From an uncultured bacterium (GTDB lineage Bacteria > JAJVIF01 > JAPKYR01): DNA of 64,000 nucleotides. A program made the translations under genes and the position numbers. The DNA lies in contig CBDURU010000002.1 in assembly GCA_965369865.1 (NCBI GenBank), forward strand, positions 32,001 to 96,000, given 5' to 3'. The notes under the pieces were generated by a model, which was given only the letters and a program-made list of their open reading frames with translations, was not told the origin of the DNA and made no database searches. Below are positions 1 to 8,868 of the stretch, piece by piece; within the stretch, counting starts at the first letter, position 1; every line of letters begins with the position of its first letter.

Positions 1-462
1 CAATAAATACCTGACATTATTAAGCTCAAGTCCACCACTCACCGCTGTGTTAAGTACAATACGCAACCTTTCTTCAGGATTATCCCTAAGTTTAAAGAGA
101 ACAAACTGACTTACTGTAGCAATTTTCGGATATGTTGAATTAGTAGCATTTAAAAGCACATCTCTAACTATCGGCTCATCTGCATGATGCAGTAATAGAG
201 TGAATTTAGTATTATTGTAAGAATTTGATGAAGCCCCAATTATCAAGGATTCAGCTTCCGTTTTGGTTAGCAGTCTATCCCAGGCAATCATGTATTCAAT
301 CTCATCCCACCAGATTTCGGTTTTTATAGACATTGATGTAATAGTATTCTCTAAAGTTAGCGGGACAAGCAAAATAGGAGCTATTACGCTGAATAGGTAT
401 GTCAGAACAATAGCCCAGAATAGCAATTTCAGCTTGGATATGATCTTTGACAACTTTCCCAT
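1..462 (-). CDS. Hypothetical membrane-anchored protein, partial (runs off left edge)
   Basis: Not in ORF track. Read by hand: ATG at 462, MGKLSKIISKLKLLFWAIVLTYLFSVIAPILLVPL..., open to base 1. AGAGGA upstream; N-terminal hydrophobic helix; AT-rich. Confidence 0.7.
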   Translation of the reverse strand, partial: MGKLSKIISKLKLLFWAIVLTYLFSVIAPILLVPLTLENTITSMSIKTEIWWDEIEYMIAWDRLLTKTEAESLIIGASSNSYNNTKFTLLLHHADEPIVRDVLLNATNSTYPKIATVSQFVLFKLRDNPEERLRIVLNTAVSGGLELNNVRYLL

Positions 463-558
463 GATGGTCCTCTGCTACATTCTGCATTAAATCTCCGTAT
501 ATTTAAAGACCACAGAGATTATCGGAAAGCTCAATAATCTTGGAATCATTCGAACACC

Positions 559-640
559 GGGGACAGGCACCCAGATTTGCCGGGTAGTTTGGAGTGGGAG
601 TGGACGTATGTATTAGCGGCAAATCTGTGAGCCAGTCCCC
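559..640. repeat. Inverted pair of GGGGACAGGC/GCCAGTCCCC REP-like repeats
   Basis: 559-582 ggggacaggcacccagatttgccg matches the reverse complement of 617-640 at 21/24. Confidence 0.75.
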
Positions 641-704
641 TGAACGGAAATTAGATTCAAGGGGATTAGTGGACATGGTAGACCGCTCACTGGCGTTCGC
701 GACT

Positions 705-821
705 CTGATATACGGTTCTGATATACGGTTCTGATATACAGTTCTGATATACGGTTCTGATATACGGTTCTGATATACGGTTCTGATATACGGTTCTGAT
801 ATGTGGTACTGGTATAAGACT
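705..821. repeat. 13-bp tandem repeat (CTGATATACGGTT) x7 plus 2 degenerate units
   Basis: Units start at 705, 718, 731 (one mismatch), 744, 757, 770 and 783; degenerate units at 796 and 809. Confidence 0.95.
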
Positions 822-887
822 GGTGGCCCCTCATAACCAGCCCCGTGCTGGTTAGGAGGGTCCTGCAATCCATCTACATGCTCCAAA

Positions 888-967
888 CAGTACCGCGAAC
901 GTTAGTGAGTGGTCTGCCAAATCCACTTATCTACCATCCAGACCACTCACTAACGTTCGCGGTACTG
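888..967. repeat. Perfect 29-bp inverted repeat (REPIN-like doublet)
   Basis: 888-916 cagtaccgcgaacgttagtgagtggtctg equals the reverse complement of 939-967. A degenerate third arm at ~680-710 runs into the tandem array. Confidence 0.9.
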
Positions 968-998
968 ATACAGACACGCACTCACATCGGGACTTCAC

Positions 999-2234
999 TC
1001 ACATCGGGTCTTCGGGTAAAACCATATCGACCGGAATAATAATAAGCTCCTCCGGTTCGCCCTGCAAAGCATAGATATTTACCCCGTCCAGCGAAATCGC
1101 GACGTCCCTGAAATATGAATCCGTGAGGTTTTCAATTCTCGATGTAAAAACCGCCCCGTCACCGGCCAGATCGATAATGGCAAGGTCGGATGTGAAAACC
1201 CAGCGCATCGATTCCGGGAAATTTCCTCGGATCATATTCCGGTATGTATTCACAAACGACCATGTCGCGGGCGGTCCCCAGTCGGAAAGAATCGCGAATG
1301 CAAACGATCCTGTGGGCGATGTTGCGAAGTCACCCACGCCGGCGGTTCCTATAAAAATCGGTTCGCTCTCTCCCGGACCGGTGATAAATGAAAACGCAGG
1401 CTCCATGAGATTTCCTTCGCCCTGCTTACTGCCGGAGCACGCCACCAGGATTCCCGCCTCGGATTCCGCGAGCCTGCTCGGGTTAATTCCCACCCAGGAT
1501 TTATCGAGTAAATCGAGAGTATCGGCATCGTATGCCCAGACCCACGCACCGTACGGCGGTCCCATAGTGCCGTCCGCCTGTTCACTCCACTGAAGCTCAA
1601 GGTCGGTTACATAAAGAGTGCCATCTCTTTCAGCGATCGCCCACGGGATTTTTCCGCACGATGCCTGAGATTCGATTTCAAGAATTATTTCACCCGTCTC
1701 GTCGAAATTCATACTGAGCTTATAAATTATGCCCTCGTATGCGTACTGCATCCCGCTGGCGATATAGATAGTCCCGGAATATTTCGAATAAACCGCGTTG
1801 CACGAACCATCGAGTTCGAATTCATTTAACACCTGGCCATTCGATTGATCGATGACTAGTAAAACGCCCCGATCGATTATTTGATCGTCCAACGGTTCGC
1901 CGACCAGGTACAGCCCGGTTCCGAACTGGCAGAAGGCAAGGGCTGTCGGACGGATCGTGAGGGGAACATCGATAAGCACGGTTCCGTCTTCAGGATCGAG
2001 CGCCACAAGGTTCCCGGACTGGTGGAAGAAAGTCCAGATATTGCCATTGAGAGGTTCAATGACTAGGGGTCCCGCGCCTGTACCTGGAAGTTCCCAGGAT
2101 ATAATATCCCCAGCGCTGGATTCTTCCCCAGGCACATCGGCATCCTGGGCTGCCGCATAACCGGAATTAACACTTAGAACCAGGAATATGACAGCGGTAA
2201 TGAATAGCCCCTGAATAGATCTCATGACAGACAC
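999..2234 (-). CDS. Secreted beta-propeller (YncE-like) protein
   Basis: Signal peptide; repeated blade motifs such as 'P.ALAF..GT.LYLV' and 'LYVTD'. Confidence 0.7.
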   Translation of the reverse strand: MSVMRSIQGLFITAVIFLVLSVNSGYAAAQDADVPGEESSAGDIISWELPGTGAGPLVIEPLNGNIWTFFHQSGNLVALDPEDGTVLIDVPLTIRPTALAFCQFGTGLYLVGEPLDDQIIDRGVLLVIDQSNGQVLNEFELDGSCNAVYSKYSGTIYIASGMQYAYEGIIYKLSMNFDETGEIILEIESQASCGKIPWAIAERDGTLYVTDLELQWSEQADGTMGPPYGAWVWAYDADTLDLLDKSWVGINPSRLAESEAGILVACSGSKQGEGNLMEPAFSFITGPGESEPIFIGTAGVGDFATSPTGSFAFAILSDWGPPATWSFVNTYRNMIRGNFPESMRWVFTSDLAIIDLAGDGAVFTSRIENLTDSYFRDVAISLDGVNIYALQGEPEELIIIPVDMVLPEDPM

Positions 2235-2437
2235 CTCAATTCATCGGTCAATTTAAAATGATAATACTACCGTAACGAATCCGGCGCAACAGGAATTGCC
2301 ACTGGCAAGGGTTAACAATTGGGTTCCCTACCGGTTTTTTTATCCAATCAGTCCTGAACCGGAGTTACTTATCAGACCTCGTATCATGTACAATATGTTC
2401 AATAAATCATCCATCAATTAAATAAGAGTTTATTACA

Positions 2438-3517
2438 ATGAAAAATTTCTGTGATTTCTCACCCGCCCCACCCACCCCACCCGTCCCACCTCCTGCAATG
2501 CCGCCGATCAGTAAGACCGATGATTTACACATACAGGACGAAGTCGGACTTGCTGGGGTTGAGCCTCTCTCAATTGATGATGCGTTAAAAAAGGTCGGCC
2601 TTCTCAAGGAGAACATGGAGAAGGTTATTATCGGGAAACCGTTGCAGGTCGATATGACAATAGCCTGCATGCTGGCGCGTGGACACCTTCTTCTGGAGGA
2701 TGTCCCGGGCACAGGAAAAACAACGCTCGCGAAAGCGCTTGCGAGAAGTATTGAGGGTTCATTCCAGCGGATACAATCGACGCCCGACCTTCTTCCGGCG
2801 GATATAACTGGAACATTTGTATATAACCAGAAAACCGGGGAGTTCCAGTTTCGTCCCGGACCGGTATTCGCCGATGTAGTGCTAGCGGATGAAATCAACC
2901 GCGCGACCCCCCGGACCCAGTCGGCACTTTTAGAATGCATGGAGGAATACCAGGTCACTCTTGAACGGACAACTTTCAAACTTCCCCCGTCATTCATGGT
3001 GATCGCCACGCAGAATCCAATCGAGTTCCAGGGCACATATCCCCTCCCTGAAGCGCAGAAAGACCGTTTCATGATGCGGTTGAAACTCGGATATCTTGAG
3101 GGTGACGAGGAGAAGAGAATGCTCCTTGACCAGACACAGGTGCATCCGCTGGAGACCGTCAGGTCGGTAATAACCACCGAGGATGTACTGCGGCTGCAGA
3201 AAACCGTTCGGGGCATTCATATCGAAGACGATCTCCTGGATTACATCGTGCGGATCGTGGGCAGCACCCGCACCGATTCAAATATCCATGTCGGGGCCAG
3301 TCCGCGTGGAAGTCTCGGGCTTTACCGTGCCGGACAGGCTATTGCTCTCGTACGTGCAAGGGATTACGTCATACCGCACGATATCAAGGAAATCGCGGAG
3401 TCGGTTCTCGCTCACCGTATGATTTTAAAACCGCAGGCTGGATATTCCGATGACGCGATCGGTGATCTGATAAATACCCTTCTCGCGAAAGTCGGCCCCA
3501 TGGTGGACAAGCGATGA
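2438..3517 (+). CDS. MoxR-family AAA+ ATPase
   Basis: GHLLLEDVPGTGKT, DLLPADITG, LADEINRATPRTQSALLECMEE, ATQNPIE, GASPRG. Confidence 0.95.
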   Translation: MKNFCDFSPAPPTPPVPPPAMPPISKTDDLHIQDEVGLAGVEPLSIDDALKKVGLLKENMEKVIIGKPLQVDMTIACMLARGHLLLEDVPGTGKTTLAKALARSIEGSFQRIQSTPDLLPADITGTFVYNQKTGEFQFRPGPVFADVVLADEINRATPRTQSALLECMEEYQVTLERTTFKLPPSFMVIATQNPIEFQGTYPLPEAQKDRFMMRLKLGYLEGDEEKRMLLDQTQVHPLETVRSVITTEDVLRLQKTVRGIHIEDDLLDYIVRIVGSTRTDSNIHVGASPRGSLGLYRAGQAIALVRARDYVIPHDIKEIAESVLAHRMILKPQAGYSDDAIGDLINTLLAKVGPMVDKR

Positions 3518-4866
3518 CCTTCCGGCCGCTGATATTCCTGGGGAGCCTGATTCTCCTTTCGATTCTGATTATCCTGTTCCGCAGGGCGAGTATCGAGGGG
3601 AAATTTCTGTTGATTACCGCGGTCGGATCGATGGCGGCATACTTGCACATACATTTCTACCTCCTCTTGCTCACTTCATTGTCGCTGTTTACATTTCTTG
3701 CGTTAGCACTGGTCTGGACCTGGATCGCGACATCACGTCTCAATTTTAAGCGTGAGATTAAGGCCGAGGTAATGGTCGGGGAAAATGTTCAGGTTAAATA
3801 TTTAATAAAAACCGGAGCGTTTCTACCGCTTTATCACACGAGGGTCTGGGACCGGGCATGGCGTACACGCTCCGATAATACCGAAGATGAAATCCAGTTT
3901 GAGGACCCTGGTTATATCGGGTTCCTAAGGATTCATCCGAGAGATAAATCGGAAGGAATTCAGCATATCGTTCCGCCGGTACGCGGACGTCTGAACTTTG
4001 GCCCGGTGGGGATCGAAGGCGGCGATCCGTTCGGGCTGTTTACTGCGATTAAATGGCTTCCGATCGGCGATGAATGCCTGGTTCTCCCGACATGGGTCCT
4101 TTTACATACCTTACCATCAATTCCCGCACGGCTTGGATCGCGGGAACAGGAACACCTGGTCAGTAAGGAAGGATTCAGCCATGAATTTCTCGGCATCCGC
4201 CCCTGGGCCGATGGCGACAGCCTCAGGGGTGTACACTGGGTACTTACTGCGAAACATAACGCGTTGATAGTCAGGCAGTTCGAGAAAGAGGTTGAGGAGG
4301 AATTGCTGATCATTCTCGACGCGGACAGAGCGGGCGATGTCGGTGAAGGGGCTGAAAATGCTCTTGAATACCTGATAACCCTGACGCTGAGCATGATTAA
4401 CGCCGCTATCGAGGTCTCAAGGCCCTGGAACCTTGTAATTGTCGATGAGAATCAAAATCTGATCACCTATAAAATGAAAGACCCTTTGCGCCAGGTCCAG
4501 TACGCTCTCGCGGAACTCCCGGCTAAACGCATTGTACCGATCGAGAGCCTGCTCGATGGAATCCGCAGGCAGTATCCAGGGTCGGCATGCGTTCTTCTGA
4601 CCCCAAGAATCGACCAGGCTGTCTCAGTGGCGCTCGCACAAAGCGATCAATCGATTGGTGACAACCTGCCGTCGATTTTAGTCCGCGTGGATCCGGACAG
4701 TTTTATAACATCGGTCAGTTCCGGACTTAAAACGCTGAGATACCGGAAGGGACGGGATGAGCGTCCTTCCGCTTTCCACTCGGACCGGCTATCGAGAATT
4801 TCTGAGATAACAATTAACCGGGGCGACAACCTTGGAGATTTATTCAACGGGGTCGTACCGACATGA
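3514..4866 (+). CDS. DUF58 family protein (MoxR partner)
   Basis: ATGA overlap with moxR; DPFGLF, EFLGIRPWADGDSLRGVHW, LIVRQFE; N-terminal TM helices. Confidence 0.85.
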   Translation: MTFRPLIFLGSLILLSILIILFRRASIEGKFLLITAVGSMAAYLHIHFYLLLLTSLSLFTFLALALVWTWIATSRLNFKREIKAEVMVGENVQVKYLIKTGAFLPLYHTRVWDRAWRTRSDNTEDEIQFEDPGYIGFLRIHPRDKSEGIQHIVPPVRGRLNFGPVGIEGGDPFGLFTAIKWLPIGDECLVLPTWVLLHTLPSIPARLGSREQEHLVSKEGFSHEFLGIRPWADGDSLRGVHWVLTAKHNALIVRQFEKEVEEELLIILDADRAGDVGEGAENALEYLITLTLSMINAAIEVSRPWNLVIVDENQNLITYKMKDPLRQVQYALAELPAKRIVPIESLLDGIRRQYPGSACVLLTPRIDQAVSVALAQSDQSIGDNLPSILVRVDPDSFITSVSSGLKTLRYRKGRDERPSAFHSDRLSRISEITINRGDNLGDLFNGVVPT

Positions 4867-4916
4867 ATTCCTGAGTACACTTAATTTTAACCGACGGGGA
4901 ATGGAGCTTTTATACC

Positions 4917-6053
4917 TTGCCAGCAATCATAAAAAAAACTTACAATACCGGCATGATTCAGATCAAAATCCGGCAGAATGCAGTCTATTGCTTAATCGCC
5001 ATCCTAATTTATTTTTTATTAATCCCGTATCCGACCAGGGCGACAACTCTCTCCGAAGTTCTTGTGGGGATCTACAACGCCCGAAATCCAGCGAGCCTAT
5101 CTTCGCTTTCGTTTCTTGGCGACATGCGTCTCGATCTTGACGATGAACAGGGCGCGATGCTTCCGGCCCAGATCAGCCTGCTTGCCGCGTGGCGAAGCCC
5201 CGATGAATGGTACAGCACTTACGAAATTTCAGGTGAGATCGCTACCGGGATGAGGGGAATCGGTTACTCGCATCCGGCTGTTGACCAGATGATTCTAAGC
5301 CGTCCGGACTTTCTCGATGTCCTTGATATAGTCTGGACAGTGCAGTACCAGGGTACAGCGATGTGGGACGGGGAACCCGCCTGGAAAATTCTTTTTAACA
5401 CGCGTGACATAACGCTCGATACACCGCCGTTTACGCTTTATGTCCGGAAGGATGATTTTGTCCCCCTGAGGACACAAGTAGAATTTTCAGACGGCACCAC
5501 CGCGATCACCGACCTGAACTGGATCGTGACCGACGATGTTTTGCTGCCCTCGAAATTTACGACAACTTTTAACCCGCCGATCGGCCCTTTAGCGGGATAT
5601 GAAACAACCTGGTTCAATCATGAGATCAATCCTGATTTATCGGACATTGATTTTCCGCGCGAGGAAGGGTCTTTACTAAGCGGCAACGATCCCGATCTGG
5701 ACGATGGCCCGGCGGTTTTCGAGGAGCTTTACCACGGCTTCGCGGATGATCCGATTATCGCGCCGATCAACGATTCGTCCGGAACATATGACCGGTTAAG
5801 TTTTACATTCAGCCTGTATGTCGAGGACGATTCAATTCCCGGCCAGTTGGATTCAAGGCAGATAGCTATCCGGAATCTCGCGATCGATATAATTTCTGAC
5901 TGGGATTGGTCGGGTGATAACGGATTGAGCATGCCCGGCGGGAAATACGAGTGCGGAAAGGAAATAGTCGGTGCGATCGGAGAACTCCTCGGAACCGACT
6001 CGATAACGGATTTTTATTTCCTCGACTGGGAACCTATTGAATCGGGGGAGTGA
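4917..6053 (+). CDS. Secreted protein: LolA-like N-terminal region plus C-terminal FliL-like domain
   Basis: Signal-like segment; 'TLYVRKDDFVPLRTQV...INPDLSDIDF'; C-terminus 'IRNLAIDIIS...GGKYECGKEIVGAIGELLGTDSITDFYFLDW'. Start may be 4953. Confidence 0.55.
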   Translation: MPAIIKKTYNTGMIQIKIRQNAVYCLIAILIYFLLIPYPTRATTLSEVLVGIYNARNPASLSSLSFLGDMRLDLDDEQGAMLPAQISLLAAWRSPDEWYSTYEISGEIATGMRGIGYSHPAVDQMILSRPDFLDVLDIVWTVQYQGTAMWDGEPAWKILFNTRDITLDTPPFTLYVRKDDFVPLRTQVEFSDGTTAITDLNWIVTDDVLLPSKFTTTFNPPIGPLAGYETTWFNHEINPDLSDIDFPREEGSLLSGNDPDLDDGPAVFEELYHGFADDPIIAPINDSSGTYDRLSFTFSLYVEDDSIPGQLDSRQIAIRNLAIDIISDWDWSGDNGLSMPGGKYECGKEIVGAIGELLGTDSITDFYFLDWEPIESGE

Positions 6054-6260
6054 CTCCAATAATTCAAAAATTATTAATCCGTGTGGCCGGATTTTTCATT
6101 TCAGCAACCCATTTCGATGGCAAGGATCTGGTAAAGACCGCGGGATGTCGAATCGTCGGGTGGCATGATCTAGATTTGCGGATTGGGGATATGGTAGCAG
6201 ATTATTGAATAAGAGATAATATTTTTTATCGATGCTCTTTAAGCCTAAGTCACCTTGTTT

Positions 6261-8294
6261 TTACAACCTTTTATTAATTTCATCAATTAAGCTTTTTGCA
6301 TTGTGCTCACTAACTCCATTGTATTCTGAGATATCAGTTTGGGAATCAATATCTACTGTTATTTGTTTAATAATTTCTTTTTTATTCAGTTCCTTACCAA
6401 GCATCGCAAAGAACCGTTTATTTTTTGCAACTATACTATCATCTCCCTTAAGTTCAGCTTCATATTGCTCGAATTCATAACCAGCGACCTTCATCTCCTG
6501 TTCATGAACCTTGTACACATACTTATTATAATATCCTTCTTGAAATATACTTTCTAGTTCTGGCTTATCATCATCAGTTTCAATGATTGACTCTATGCTA
6601 ATAACTGATAACAGTTGCGAATTAATTTTTTCTTCTAGCTCATTATTTAATTTTTCTTTCGCTTCAATTCCCGCATTATCTGAATCAATCAAGACAACTA
6701 CATTTAATTTTTGACCCAGCATGAATAAACACAATTTGAAAATATTACCAGTTCCACATGCGGGTGTGATAAATATATCACTAAGCAACCCAGGTTTTCC
6801 TGATTTTAATAATAGGTTTGACAAAGCATTTAGGATCCAGAAATCCTCTATACCTTCAACGATTAGGTTTTTCTGAGAAACAAGAAAGCTTTGACTTGCA
6901 TTCATACCCAACGCAGCCTGTAAAACAAAATTCCTATTGCTTTCCTCTGAAATTAGTTTATCTGTGGTTTTTGATCCTTCTTTAGTCATTTCAACGACTT
7001 TAATGTTTAGTGGATCCTTTAAATCCACCATAAATGGCGAGTGCGTTGAGATTATCATTTGGTTTTTCTCTGATTGCGTCTTTAAATATTCAAGTAAGTC
7101 CCCTTGCCAGTCTGGATGCAAATGCAAGCCTGGTTCATCGAGTAGCATGAAATAGTTGTTGCCTAAATATTTTTGCCCATGAATTAGCAAAAGAAATGAA
7201 ATTAAATTTTGTGTACCAAAGGACATTTCTGACAAATTTGTATTGGTTTCGTAAAAAGGAGAGTCCTTATTGACACTGGTTAAATCAAAATCTATATTAT
7301 CCCCATCAGCTATTAGATTCACATTATGCTGTATATCAAATCCACCGCGATCCATCAATGATTGTATGACTTTTGATATTTTTCCATACTCTAACCTTCT
7401 TCGGCGACGATGTTTAAATTTTATGATTTCTGATGGGTCCTTATTTGCAATACTCGCTATAGGTTGTAAAATTGGTTGCCTCTTTGATTTTATTTGAAAT
7501 CGTTCATCTGGATCCTGCTTTGTTTCATCACCATCCTTTGCCAAGTTCCCACTGCCTGCGTACAGAGGGATATCAACCATGTAAATAATTCTTGGCAATA
7601 AATCGTATATAAAATTATGAAATGGTTGAGGTAAGGATTTAATATCACCAATTTGTTTTGCATAGGCATTCATTGTAGTAATTATGCTTGTAAAGTACAT
7701 ATCCGCTTCCGCACTACCTTCATTCATCCTCAGGAATTGTGCCCGCTGTCCATTAAACTTACTAAGGGTAGTATTAAATAATTGTATTCTTATATCACAA
7801 CCAAGCCTAATCACTGTGTCTATAAGACCTATAGTTGAATCATCAAAATTAAAATCATTAAATCCTTTAGATAATGGTGTTTCTAGCGACAATGGCGTTA
7901 TATCTGGGGAGTTAATATCTATATCCTTATCAATATCGTCAGTTACTGCATGAATTGTTAAAAAACCATCATTATTACGAATCACCAAAACTTCATTCAA
8001 AGGATTAGAAATATTGCCTAATTTTATTACTTCTTCTAGCTCCTCATCACTCAATTTAAATATAGCAGAAACTTTAGGTTTTAGATCATCTTCGAGCCGG
8101 CTAGTCCTTGTATAAGAATGCTCTGGAAAATAGGTTGGGATTGTTAATGATGGGTTTAACATACATAATGCTTCAAGGTGGGCTGACTTCCCACTTTGAT
8201 TAGGACCAACGAAAACAGTGAAATTTCTGATATCAACCCATCCAGAATCTATTATACATTTGTAATTCTGAATTCTGAATTTCTTCAATTTCAT
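6261..8294 (-). CDS. OLD-family ATP-dependent nuclease (ABC-type ATPase + TOPRIM)
   Basis: IQNYKCI, Walker A VGPNQSGKS, EMSFG, LLDEPGLHLHP, STHSPF, TOPRIM VEGIED...DSD; strongly AT-rich. Confidence 0.85.
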   Translation of the reverse strand: MKLKKFRIQNYKCIIDSGWVDIRNFTVFVGPNQSGKSAHLEALCMLNPSLTIPTYFPEHSYTRTSRLEDDLKPKVSAIFKLSDEELEEVIKLGNISNPLNEVLVIRNNDGFLTIHAVTDDIDKDIDINSPDITPLSLETPLSKGFNDFNFDDSTIGLIDTVIRLGCDIRIQLFNTTLSKFNGQRAQFLRMNEGSAEADMYFTSIITTMNAYAKQIGDIKSLPQPFHNFIYDLLPRIIYMVDIPLYAGSGNLAKDGDETKQDPDERFQIKSKRQPILQPIASIANKDPSEIIKFKHRRRRRLEYGKISKVIQSLMDRGGFDIQHNVNLIADGDNIDFDLTSVNKDSPFYETNTNLSEMSFGTQNLISFLLLIHGQKYLGNNYFMLLDEPGLHLHPDWQGDLLEYLKTQSEKNQMIISTHSPFMVDLKDPLNIKVVEMTKEGSKTTDKLISEESNRNFVLQAALGMNASQSFLVSQKNLIVEGIEDFWILNALSNLLLKSGKPGLLSDIFITPACGTGNIFKLCLFMLGQKLNVVVLIDSDNAGIEAKEKLNNELEEKINSQLLSVISIESIIETDDDKPELESIFQEGYYNKYVYKVHEQEMKVAGYEFEQYEAELKGDDSIVAKNKRFFAMLGKELNKKEIIKQITVDIDSQTDISEYNGVSEHNAKSLIDEINKRL

Positions 8295-8371
8295 TTTGCG
8301 ACCACCTCAAGTTTTATTATTAATTCAACCCATAGGATGATGAGTTCCAATCGTACTAACGAATCTATAAT

Positions 8372-8434
8372 TTAACAGATCTTCAGGACAGAATTTAGTA
8401 TATCTTCTAGGTATGCCTTAAATTGCCGGGGCAT
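8372..8434 (-). pseudogene. Truncated HepT/DUF86 HEPN toxin (first 20 codons)
   Basis: MPRQFKAYLEDILNSVLKIC-stop overlaps the end of the MNT gene and resembles the DUF86 N-terminus (YLEDIL...KI). Confidence 0.7.
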
Positions 8435-8714
8435 ACTTCACCTCATTCATGATTGAATCACGGAGACTTGGCTTGATCGTATCGGGCAGAACCAGATCAA
8501 CTTTCCTGCCGACCAGATCCTCAAGGAAAAATTTCAATCCCATGTACGCCCTGAATGTTTCATTCTCAAGCTCAACAAGGAAATCGATATCACTGTCAGG
8601 AGAAGCATCGCCACGGGCAATCGATCCGAAAATCCCGAGCTTCCGCACACCAAACTTCTTTATCTCAAGCTGGTGCTTCTCAATGAGGTTAAATATTTCT
8701 TCAAGCATGGTCAT
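8418..8714 (-). CDS. Minimal nucleotidyltransferase (MntA-type antitoxin)
   Basis: FGVRKLGIFGSIARGDASPDSDIDFLV, LEDLVGRKVDLV; 98 aa. Confidence 0.9.
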   Translation of the reverse strand: MTMLEEIFNLIEKHQLEIKKFGVRKLGIFGSIARGDASPDSDIDFLVELENETFRAYMGLKFFLEDLVGRKVDLVLPDTIKPSLRDSIMNEVKYAPAI

Positions 8715-8868
8715 TGCGATTAATGATTATACACTGAGATTTCACTTAACGTCAGCCCTAATCCCTATTCTCCTCTGCACTTTCGCTTGAGGTGACAAAA
8801 TGGCACCTCAAGATTTCCCATTCTTCCTCAATATAACAAATCCTTTTCCGGAAAGAATTCCACTCCTT

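Noticed and set aside
503..886. ORFs with EPYIRTVYQNRIS repeats
   Set aside because: They are translations of the 13-bp tandem array and hairpins; no coding evidence.
6261..8294. Gabija, PARIS or retron assignment
   Set aside because: No UvrD, AriB or RT partner is adjacent.
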